From: Macrostomum lignano
Lineage: Eukaryota
Reading direction: 5' to 3'
DNA: 64,000 nucleotides
Assembly (NCBI GenBank): GCA_002269645.1
Contig: NIVC01000199.1
Coordinates: 558,001 to 622,000, forward strand
A program made the translations under genes and the position numbers. Of the stretch, positions 46,780 to 58,175 are shown in pieces. The notes under the pieces are model-generated. The model did not search any database. It was given only the letters and a program-made list of their open reading frames with translations, and was not told the DNA's origin. How positions within the stretch are numbered: position 1 is the stretch's first letter; the number at the start of each line of letters is the position of its first letter.

Positions 46780-49700
46780 GATTCAGAAGGGGTGAATCGG
46801 ATTCAGAAGGGGTGAATTGGATTCAGAAGGGGTGAATTGGAGTCAAAATGGGTGAATTGGATTTAGAAGGGGTGAATCGGATTTAGAAGGGGTGAATCGG
46901 ATTTAGAAGGGGTGAATCGGATTTAGAAGGGGTGAATTGGATTAAAAAGATGAATTGGATTCAAAAGGAGTGAATTGGATTTAGAAGGGGTGAATTGGAT
47001 TCAGAAGGAGTGAATTGGATTCAGAAGGAGTGAATTGGATTCAGAAGGGGTGAATTGGATTCAGAAGGGGTGAATTGGAGTCAAAATGGGTGAATTGGAT
47101 TTAGAAGGGGTGAATTGGATTCAGAAGGAGTGAATTGGATTCAGAAGGGGTGAATTGGATTCAGAAGGAGTGAATTGGATTCAGAAGGAGTGAATTGGAT
47201 TCAGAAGGAGTGAATTGGATTCAGAAGGGGTGAATTGGATTCAGAAGGGGTGAATTGGAGTCAAAATGGGTGAATTGGATTTAGAAGGGGTGAATCGGAT
47301 TCAGAAGGGGTGAATTGGATTCAGAAGGGGTGAATTGGAGTCAAAATGGGTGAATTGGATTTAGAAGGGGTGAATCGGATTTAGAAGGGGTGAACTGGAT
47401 TCAGAAGGAGTGAATCGGATTCAGAAGGAGTGAATTGGTGATTCAGAAGGAGTGAATCGAATTCAGAAGGAGTGAATTGGTGAATCAGAAGGAGTGAATC
47501 GGATTCAGAAGGAGTGAATCGGATTCAGAAGGAGTGAATTGGTGATTCAGAAGGAGTGAATTGGTGATTCAGAAGGAGTAAATTGGTGATTCAGAAGGAG
47601 TGAATTGGATTCAGAAGGAGTGAATCGGATTCAGAAGGAGTGAATTGGTGATTCAGAAGGAGTGAATCGAATTCAGAAGGAGTGAATTGGTGAATCAGAA
47701 GGAGTGAATCGGATTCAGAAGGAGTGAATCGGATTCAGAAGGAGTGAATTGGTGATTCAGAAGGAGTGAATTGGTGATTCAGAAGGAGTGAATTGGTGAT
47801 TCAGAAGGAGTGAATCGGATTCAGAAGGAGTGAATTGGATTCAGAAGGAGTGAATTGGATTCAGAAGGAGTGAATTGGTGATTCAGAAGGAGTGAATTGG
47901 TGATTCAGAAGGGGTGAATTGGTGATTCAGAAGGAGTGAATTGGTGATTCAGAAGGAGTGAATTGGATTCAGAAGGAGTGAATTGGATTCAGAAGGGGTG
48001 AATTGGATTCAGAAGGAGTGAATTGGATTCAGAAGGAGTGAATTGGATTCAGAAGGGGTGAATTGGATTCAGAAGGGGTGAATCGGATTCAGAAGGGGTG
48101 AATTGGTGATTCAGAAGGAGTGAATTGGATTCAGAAGGAGTGAATTGGATTCAGAAGGAGTGAATTGGATTCAGAAGGGGTGAATCGGATTCAGAAGGGG
48201 TGAATTGGTGATTCAGAAGGAGTGAATTGGATTCAGAAGGAGTGAATTGGTGATTCAGAAGGAGTGAATTGGATTCAGAAGGGGTGAATCGGATTCAGAA
48301 GGGGTGAATTGGTGATTCAGAAGGAGTGAATTGGTGATTCAGAAGGAGTGAATTGGTGATTCAGAAGGAGTGAATTGGATTCAGAAGGGGTGAATCGGAT
48401 TCAGAAGGGGTGAATTGGTGATTCAGAAGGAGTGAATTGGATTCAGAAGGGGTGAATCGGATTCAGAAGGAGTGAATTGGATTCAGAAGGAGTGAATTGG
48501 ATTCAGAAGGAGTGAATTGGATTCAAAAGGAGTGAATTGGATTCAGAAGGAGTGAATTGGATTCAGAAGGAGTGAATTGGATTCAGAAGGAGTGAATTGG
48601 ATTCAGAAGGAGTGAATTGGATTCAGAAGGAGTGAATTGGATTCAGAAGGAGTGAATTGGATTCAGAAGGAGTGAATTGGTGATTCAGAAGGAGTGAATT
48701 GGTGATTCAAAAGGAGTGAATTGGTGATTCAGAAGGAGTGAATCGGTGATTCAGAAGGAGTGAATTGGTGATTCAGAAGGAGTGAATTGGATTCAGAAGT
48801 AGTGAATTGGTGATTCAGAAGGAGTGAATCGGTGATTCAGAAGGAGTGAATTGGATTCAGAAGGAGTGAATTGGATTCAGAAGGAGTGAATTGGATTCAG
48901 AAGGAGTGAATTGGATTCAGAAGGGGTGAATTGGTGATTCAGAAGGAGTGAATTGGATTCAGAAGGAGTGAATTGGATTCAGAAGGAGTGAATTGGATTC
49001 AGAAGGAGTGAATTGGATTCAGAAGGAGTGAATTGGATTCAGAAGGAGTGAATTGGATTCAGAAGGAGTGAATTGGATTCAGAAGGAGTGAATTGGATTC
49101 AGAAGGAGTGAATTGGATTCAGAAGGAGTGAATTGGATTCAGAAGGAGTGAATTGGATTCAGAAGGAGTGAATTGGTGATTCAGAAGGAGTGAATTGGTG
49201 ATTCAAAAGGAGTGAATTGGTGATTCAGAAGGAGTGAATCGGTGATTCAGAAGGAGTGAATTGGTGATTCAGAAGGAGTGAATCGGATTCAGAAGGGGTG
49301 AATTGGTGATTCAGAAGGAGTGAATTGGTGATTCAGAAGGAGTGAATTGGTGATTCAGAAGGAGTGAATTGGATTCAGAAGGGGTGAATCGGATTCAGAA
49401 GGGGTGAATTGGTGATTCAGAAGGAGTGAATTGGATTCAGAAGGAGTGAATTGGATTCAGAAGGAGTGAATTGGATTCAGAAGGAGTGAATTGGATTCAG
49501 AAGGAGTGAATTGGATTCAGAAGGAGTGAATTGGATTCAAAAGGAGTGAATTGGATTCAAAAGGAGTGAATTGGATTCAGAAGGAGTGAATTGGATTCAG
49601 AAGGAGTGAATTGGATTCAGAAGGAGTGAATTGGATTCAGAAGGAGTGAATTGGATTCAGAAGGAGTGAATTGGATTCAGAAGGAGTGAATTGGTGATTC

Positions 49701-50402
49701 AGAAGGAGTGAATTGGTGATTCAAAAGGAGTGAATTGGTGATTCAGAAGGAGTGAATCGGTGATTCAGAAGGAGTGAATCGGTGATTCAGAAGGAGTGAA
49801 TTGGTGATTCAGAAGGAGTGAATTGGATTCAGAAGGAGTGAATTGGTGATTCAGAAGGAGTGAATCGGTGATTCAGAAGGAGTGAATTGGTGATTCAGAA
49901 GGAGTGAATTGGATTCAGAAGGAGTGAATTGGATTCAGAAGGGGTGAATTGGTGATTCAGAAGGAGTGAATTGGATTCAGAAGGGGTGAATTGGATTTAG
50001 AAGGGGTGAATCGGATTCAGAAGGGGTGAATTTGATTTAGAAGGGGAGAATTGGATTCAGAAGGGGTGAATCGGATTCAGAAGGGGTGAATTGGATTCAG
50101 AAGGGGTGAATTGGTGATTCAGAAGGAGTGAATTGGATTCAAAAGGGGTGAATTGGATTTAGAAGGGGTGAATCGGATTCAGAAGGGGTGAATTTGATTT
50201 AGAAGGGGAGAATTGGATTCAGAAGGGGTGAATCGGATTCAGAAGGGGTGAATTGGATTCAGAAGGGGTGAATTGGATTCAGAAGGGGTGAATTGGATTT
50301 AGAAGGGGTGAATTGGATTTAGAAGGAGTGAATTGCATTCAAAAGGGGTGAATTGGATTTAGAAGGGGTGAATTGGATTCAGAAGGGGTGAGTTGGTTTC
50401 AG
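46780..50402. repeat. 20/22-bp satellite GAATTGG(TG)ATTCAGAAGGAGT, about 3.6 kb
   Basis: Visible, with GGAG/GGGG and TG-insertion variants. Confidence 0.97.
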
Positions 50403-52045
50403 AAATTTGTGTCAACCCCCTCCCTTAAGGACGTGAGCACTCTTTCTAATAAAATAAGTTAAAAAACCGCCTCAGCGGCACTAAAATAGTCATATTTGTT
50501 TTAGCACACGCCCAGCTCACTGGAGCCAGTCAAACACTCTGCTACGAGTAATTAATTTCGATTATTTTTCTCAAGATGACGCAGTCGGAAACTAGAGAAA
50601 TTGTATTTTTAGACCTATTAATTTGCCCACAATGTGCCTGCGCAGAGCCTAAGAACTGCATGCAAACATTTACTCCGTCTGGTGCAGAGGTTTGGCATGA
50701 AGGCAGATACGATAAGATTTTGTGCTAAATTTGCTTGCACACAAAATTGAAAAGCTTCACATAAGCTTCTCGAACCCTGCCGTTTGACGCAAATGGTCTC
50801 TAAAAATAGATTTAGCAACGACAATCAGGAATATTGCTCGTAGAGCGACGCACAATAGCTCGTTTAAACAAAAAAAAAAGATTTTGTAGACTCGAGACTC
50901 GAGCACTCACCAAATTGAGGAGTGAACGTGAAACTTCTACACTCGTATTTTCTTTTTAGCCTTACTGTCTGCGTCTGCGGCTTCATTATTGTTGCTTCTA
51001 GTTACTCACAATAAACGCCCGTGGCATTTGGGTTTCATATGGATGGATTGCAGTGCTTAAAAAGATAATTATTATTATTCAGAAAATGATTAAAGAAAAC
51101 ACGAATGACACAGATCGTTTTATCTTGGGTTAAAACTTTGTGGCATTCAAGCAAGCAAACTTGATGCTTTTTGGTCATTATTGACTCACATAACCAACCC
51201 CCCCCCCCCGAGAAGAGACAAGTTAAGCAGATTTGGGAGCGGATAGTACAGAACCGATTAGACTAATTGCGTCAACTTCCCAGGCAACCTTCTTGGGACA
51301 GTTGCGTCCCACTCAGTACATTTAACACATTTAAATCATTTTTCATGTTGCAAGGATCACCTTGAAGTTAACCGTTAAATATCAGAACGTAACATTCGCT
51401 TCATGTGGGCAATTCTTTAGTTATTTGATAACCTTACAAGTGTTATCACAAATTGTCAATATTTCTTCTTCAAAACAAGTAATATGCAGATCCACTAAAT
51501 ACTGTAGCTAATTTCTTTTTAAAATCTTTAGAAAGCGAATAAATTCGAAATTAATTTGTATTCTACAAACTTTTTTTCTTCAGAATGCATCGCGTCAACC
51601 ACAACCACAACCACAGGATATAAGTACAAAAGTCAATTAGCTAAAAAAGCATCTAGCAAGAAGCACCGCAAATTACGAGTACTGAATCTAACCTTGGTTT
51701 AACCTAGAGTCTTCTAAATAACTAAAATATAGGCGGCAGACAGATATCATGAATGAATTTGTTGATGGGGTGCGCCGTGTGAAACTGGGGCATTGTGCTT
51801 CACATCTTTCACATTTACTGTTCGAAATGCGTCTGCAGGTCTATTTTTAGAATGAAAAGTTTTGGAAGTCTTGCTATCACCGTGCAATCGCGTTTACTTC
51901 TGTTCAAAGCTTCTTTCCATTGCGATGAGCTATTTTTAGCCTGTGAATTGTCGCCCTGCCCCACAGCCAATGAGCTTGCGGTTGCCAGGGCCGACGTACT
52001 ATCAACGAACTGCACACAATGCCAAATGTAGCTTGCATGGAAAAC

Positions 52046-52066
52046 TCCGGAAAACTAGTATAAATA
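52046..52066 (+). promoter_or_regulatory. Candidate TATA box (TATAAATA) with an adjacent CCGGAA ETS-core site
   Basis: TCCGGAAA at 52046-52053 and TATAAATA at 52059-52066, about 150 bp upstream of the ETS gene ATG. Confidence 0.45.
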
Positions 52067-52216
52067 CGAGCCGTCTTCGCTAGGCAAGCCCCTAAACCGA
52101 GTCCAGCGAAACCAGTTTTCAGCACTCTCACCCAGAAGAGACGAGAATAAAGCTATAAAGCACTTCTGCCAACTATTTTCTTAGCGAAAGCGCCCAAGGC
52201 AGTTAAAGAAGACTAA

Positions 52217-53839
52217 ATGGCACCAATCAAGGCTGTTCTCCGGTCAAAGTTAGACAAAACCGACAACGCAAAGTCGTTGCAGGAACTGCTAGTCGACAAG
52301 TACGAACCGTAAGTAGCATTTTATATATTAGCATGCGTCTGATTTCTCATCAATCCTCATAGAGTCAGCAGTATGAAGATTGAGCACGCAATAAGTTAGC
52401 TATCTAAGCCCAATCATTGAATGCATTTTGCTGCTTCTTTGTTCCAGTTTATCTGACGCCACCAGCGTCGTTTCCAGTGTGGACTATCAGACAACAAGCG
52501 ACAGCGAGGCTGACGTATCAGACTACGAAAGCCTGCTGAGGCAGCAACAGGAACAGCAGCAGCAGCAGCAACCGCAGATGCCGATGCCTCAATGCTCACC
52601 TGAGCTGCTATCGCTAATCCACAGGCCGGTAGCAACTGGACCAGATGCAAACGCTGCTACATCGACCATCGAGCTGCCAACAGACTTTACGGCTCTTCAC
52701 GAAGCACGTCTGCAGTACTTTGGCCACTTGATTTATCAGCGAATGCTACAGCAGCAGGACTTACCACCAGCTGAAGATCAACCTCTGAACCTCACCTGTC
52801 AGAACGCTCTGAAACGACCGGCCCCAAAGTTTGAAGCCGTTATTGAGACGCAAAACTACCAGGTTGGCGACGAGCAGGAATGCAGCCAAGACGTGTTCGG
52901 CTCCACCGCCACTGAGCCGAAGCGATCCTGCCCAGACGCCACCGCTGCCCCGGCAACTCATCGGAAGAGGAAGCGATCCTACCGGTTAAGCGACAATGAG
53001 GAGATTCGTGCCTACCAATTCTCCGCTCCTGAGCTGTTCATCTGGAATGGTGAGTTCTCACAGAGATTAGATCAGTGTCTTCAGTGCATTTCCAAGGCGT
53101 TTTATAAGCTTGATGTTTTTATTAACTTGCACAATTTGCAGGCCACAAACCGATGATTCATCAGTTCCTTTTGAAGCTACTCAACAACCCCAGCTGCTCA
53201 AGTCTGATCCGGTGGCTAGATCGTGAGAACCGACTGTTTAAAGTGCTGCATCCGGTGACTGTGGCTCGCCTGTGGCAGTTCATCAAGGGCAACAGGACTG
53301 ACAACTACGAGTGCTTTGCCAGAGGAATTCGGTAGGTCACCAAAGCTAAAATTTGTCAAAGTTATTTCAGTATTAGTTCAACTGTTCAGGTCTACATGGA
53401 ACTAACAAATCCGAATTTTTTAAACCATTGCAGCCACTCTCGCGACATTGGCAAATACTTTGAGGCGCATGAATTTCGCAAGAAGAAGGTGTACAAGTTC
53501 TCCGAGAAAGCTTTGAATCCGGAATCGGCCCAGATGAAAGACCGGCTGGCTGCCGCCTCTGCTGAACCTTCAATTTCAACGTGCGACGCATTGAAACCGA
53601 AGCTGGAAGTGGCTCCTTCTAAAACCCAGCCATCGGCGAATTATCGGGACGCTGGCTCGAACTCTGAAGTTCTTGCCAAACTCAAGATTGCACTGGCTGA
53701 AAGGATGCAACAACAGCAGCAGCAGAAGCAGCAGCAACAGCAGCGGGAAGAAAAACTTCTGCTACGACGAGCTTCAGTCAAGGAAGAGCCAAGTTTCGAC
53801 GAGTCACCGTTAGTGATAGCTGACTGCGAGTACCAGTGA
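52217..53839 (+). CDS. ETS-domain transcription factor, divergent (429 aa)
   Basis: Exons 52217-52308, 52448-53049, 53142-53331, 53434-53839 (phases consistent). ETS-like segment HQFLLKLLNNP..IRWLDRENRLFKVLHPVTVARLW..KGNRTDNYECFARGIR..KKKVYKF, with Q-rich flanks. Confidence 0.85.
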
Positions 53840-56379
53840 ACGCTAATGAAAGCAGCTGCATAGGCAGTTAATACGGTATAACAAAGCCTAACTGTTCAAT
53901 CGTTCAGTTTAGTATTCTGATTTGTTTGATTCGCAAGAATATAGATTGCATTATATTATCAGATATCGCTATATTTTCCACTATAAATATTGCATTGCGC
54001 ATTATTGTGTACCGAGACAACTACTTGCTCTATTGTAATTTGCCTACTGCCTCCGAGTGCCAGAAATTCAACTGCAGTCAACACACAGATGCGTGCTCGA
54101 TGTCTTGATGTATTTACCTGCCTGTTGCTTTGCTTTATCGGCTACGCTCAGAAAATTAATTGCTCAAACTTTGCTCATTATAACTATTATAGAAGATTCG
54201 TGAAATGCGCCTTTGATTACTTTTTAAACTGCAACAGAAGTCCATGGCTTGATTCCAGCATTGACATTCTGGCAGCAACCGTATATGTGTGTCTCACATT
54301 TTTATTATTTGTTCCAACTAAATATACTGATGCAATTACTAAATTATGAATTGAGTTTCGTCAATTGAAAACAACTAAATATTCTATCTACGCTTGGATA
54401 GCTTTATAACGGACAAGATATCCTTAAGGTGCTACCCGCCGTTTGTTATTTCAAAAATGAATTCTACAGTGAGTAATTCAACATAACATTGAGGCCTCAC
54501 TGTGCACAGAGGCCCAACATATAAGGCTACAGATGAGGGTCACCCAGTGTCAATGTGTAGGTGGCCTCAATTTGAACTGCAGAACGGTTATTTACGCAAT
54601 TTAATGTCGTTTCCGCCCACAATACGCTCGTGTCATCCATCTGCACTCAGAAGCACCGCGGTTAAGCAGATATGCAGATATGCAGAAGCGTATATGCTAC
54701 AAGTCTAACAATATGCTTGCTTTTTAGTGTAATCTCTTGCATTCTGTGAAACTGACTCATCCGCATAGGGCGGCGGTTGTGTTTTGAAAGCCGGATTACA
54801 GTGGGCAGCTACTGATGCATTATTCAGAGGGGGCGTTTACTCTTTTGCTGGGTGTGCATTTCAAGGTCACGGATAACCATGCAGCAGTAAAATTGGCATA
54901 CTTTGGCAGAAACCATATTTTTCAAGAAAAATATTATTCAAGTAGGTTACGGGGGAATCGCTGAGATGTTGAGGCTGAGAGGTCAGAATTGCTACATGTA
55001 CCTCAGTAGTTTATTAAAACTGTTTATTCCGTTCTTTGCTGCCTCCCTAACGGGTGTGGCTGATTGCTAGTCTCTTTCTAAAGCAAGATTCAAGTCGCTC
55101 GCACGAGTGCCATGGAAACTATACTAATCTAAATTAAAATGTGTTTAGCTAATTTTCGTTATCAGGTAGAGATTAGAAATTCTTCAAGTTCTTCAAAGCT
55201 GCCACTCGTACAGGCACATTATCAGTGACAGTATATAGTGTCACAGTTATTGGTAACGCCTTAGTTACTTCACAAAGAACTTATAAGTTTAATGACGCAA
55301 ATGAAGGGTCGAAGTACTTCTGATACAAGAATTTGTTTTAACTTGCATTCCTATAAAATCTCGTTTCCAAGGGCGTAGATAATGCCCCCTGCGAAACTTC
55401 TATTAATACAAAACTCGGGCGTGACTTCTTGGTTTGCCGAATAGCACTGGCCAGACTTTGCGTGTAGCATTCGTTGTGCTCAACAGAAATTGAACCTGTG
55501 TCAAAGTCATATCAGGATTTTATCTGTTTTTTTCTCCGGTTTGACCGTTGATATGCAGCATGCCGAGTGCCCATTTGCGTAAGCGGCAGCAGCTTTATAG
55601 CCTTTGTGCTCATACTGTAAAAGTACTCAGAAATGCATGCTAATTTCGTTGGAATTACATGCAAGGAAGAACATCACTCGTACGCGTAGACGAATGTCAA
55701 TTTGTGGCTTACATAAACTTCACGCCTCACCATGCACTATTTTTAGTATATACCCTACTAAAACCAACACATTTGCGTTTAAAGTTGCCGCAAATATTCA
55801 CACTTATCGTTTAATACTATCAATAGTTGGATCGTGGCGCGTCTAAATGCACTAATTTAATTTTCAACGGTGTAACCTAATAAAAATTGACAGGCGCACT
55901 TAAATATATAAGTTCAGTTGCACTGATATTAGTCCGTTAACCAAGTATTATATTATATTAAATTCTTGTGTTGCTTAGCTTTCTGATTTCAGATGCAGCA
56001 TCAGCTTATAAATCATAGATATTCGTATATTTTTCATTTGTGAGTTTTTTTTCACTAATATGGACTACCGAATAGCTATATAAATTATATAGCTCTGTAT
56101 ACTGTTATACACAACTGCATGTACAACTGCATGTATTCAGTCACAAGAAGTAAGCTACACTGGGGGGGGGGGGTCAGAGAGAAGGCGCGGAGAACCGAGA
56201 CTCCACTTCATATAGATAATCCTATCTACATGCACATGTCTATGTAAGTTAAATCGCAGAATGTCAAACAGCTGGTGTACAATTGCTTAAATAAAAATCT
56301 TGCTGACTATATAGTAACGTCCACGCATAGCCAGCTTGTCAACTTCTCGTATTAAAAAATATCACAGTTTCCATATCTG

Positions 56380-57108
56380 CGTCTGTAAGTCGAGCGTCGG
56401 TCTAGTTGTCAACACGCTGAAGACCAAGGTGCTGACTGTGCCGGCCGACATCCCAGCGGATTTGACATGCCGCGGCGGAGACGGGCAGACGACCAAGCTT
56501 GCATGCTGCCAGCGGTTCAACCAACCCCACGTGGAGGAGGACCTTCGGCGGCGCAGAGGACTTGCTTGGGCGGCATTCCGTTTGATTCGAGCCGTCCTTC
56601 AGTCCGAAGCGCTGCCCGAACGCCAGCTAGAGGGCTCGGCTGTGGCAGCGGTTGTCGAAACCGTCCTACTACCGGTATACAAAGCCGAGATGTGGAGGCT
56701 GGTGGTTCCGCTAGAGCGGCAGCTGGACTCGGCGCACTCAGGGCTGCTCCGTGCGGCTTTTTTCGAACAGATGAGAGCGTCGGGACCGAGGCCCTGTACG
56801 ATCGGGCCAAACTGCAGCGCCCGTCCATCATCCTGCGCCGGCGGCGACTTCAACTAGCGGGCCACGTGATCCGGGCCGAAGGCTACTGCCCCCAACCTGT
56901 TCAGGACGTTCTGCTGCTCACCTTGCAGGGCCCGTTCAGGCAGGGTCAGGCCCGAACCTGTCGATACGTGGACTGCCTGCTGTGCGACGCTGGGGCGCCC
57001 GACACTGCCGACCGGGGTGGACTTCGTCCGCTCTCAGATTCGCCCTGCTCTAACTGTGACCCTTCAATGCGGGGCTGCGTATTTTGTTGTTGTTGTTGTT
57101 GTTTGTTG
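56380..57108 (+). mobile_element. Decayed non-LTR retrotransposon 3' fragment (RTE-like RT C-terminus) with a (TGT)n tail
   Basis: Frameshifted peptides GLVVNTLKTKVL, DLRRRRGLAWAAF, VETVLLPVYKAEMW and ILRRRRLQLAGHVIR, typical of the post-RT region of RTE/L2-type LINEs. Ends in TTGTTGTTG repeats at about 57083-57108. Confidence 0.7.
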
Positions 57109-57129
57109 CATTTCTAACCAAAAGTTGTT

Positions 57130-58175
57130 ACTTTCCTTCAGCCCTCCAGCTCTCCTACCCTGTTCGTCCTGTACATTAACGACTGGCGGGAAAAAATTGT
57201 CCCACAAAGTCTACTACGGAGGATTTGCCGAAGACATCGGCATCTGGACTTCCGGACGGAATACTAGCGAGCTGGAAACTCGCATCCAGTCCGCGCTCAA
57301 CCACATTGAAGACTAGGCCAATGACTTGAGAATCGACCTTAACCCCTCCAAGTCTGAGTGCTGCCTGTTCACGCGCGACCGTTGCGAGCGAAATCGTCCT
57401 CGCAACCTGTCGATACTCGGCATTCCCACCAAGAGAGAAGTCCGCTACCTCTCGGCATCTGTATAGACGATGACCTGACCTTCAAACGTCAGACGAACGA
57501 AGTTGTTGCGAAGATCCATCGTCGATGCAGCATCCTTCGCGCCCTGGCCCATAGAGTGGGGTTGGAACTGCGATCCCCTTCTCACCGTCTACAAGGCGGT
57601 CGTCGAGTCCTTCGCCTGGCATGCGGCCGCGGCTTGGATGCCATGGCTGCCCAAAACAAGGTTTGGAGAACTGGACCGGGCGCAGCAAGAAGCCTTGAGA
57701 CTAATAACCGGCCTGCCCAAGTCGACCCCCTGCGAGGCTGTCTACAAGGAGGCTAAGTGCGTCCCGATCAGCGTTGAAGACAAACGGAGAGCCCTCATCG
57801 CCGTCGAAAAGGCAAAAAAGAAGACTGGCAAGCGACCCCTGGCGTCAGATATGTAAGCGCGAAGCCGACGTCCGTCTCAAAGCCAACCGCGGGGCCTCTG
57901 TGAGCAAGCCAACCGGAATACTGGCCAATCTCCTCCCGTATGAGAGGCTCACGAACTCCTGCTGGGTTCACGCGCCCCCAGGGAGGCCCTAAATGGCTCG
58001 GAGCGACTCCGCCTCTTCCCTGAGTTCCTCCACCCCTGTAGCAAGACTGACGACATCCAGGCCAGGCACGACCTCGTTGAGGAGACCCGTATAGGGAGCG
58101 CCTTCGTTACGATTCTTGCCCGTTGCGACGATATCGCCGTAGACACAGGTATGGATTTTACCCCCTTCCGCCTAT
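57130..58175 (+). mobile_element. Decayed LINE fragment (I/Jockey-group-like RT end, running toward an RNase H-like region)
   Basis: Broken frames give LFVLYIND, FAEDIGIW (YADD-like), DLNPSKSECCLF, RYL.GICIDDDLTF, LLTVYKAVVES and QQEALRLITG. Multiple stops and frameshifts. Confidence 0.7.
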
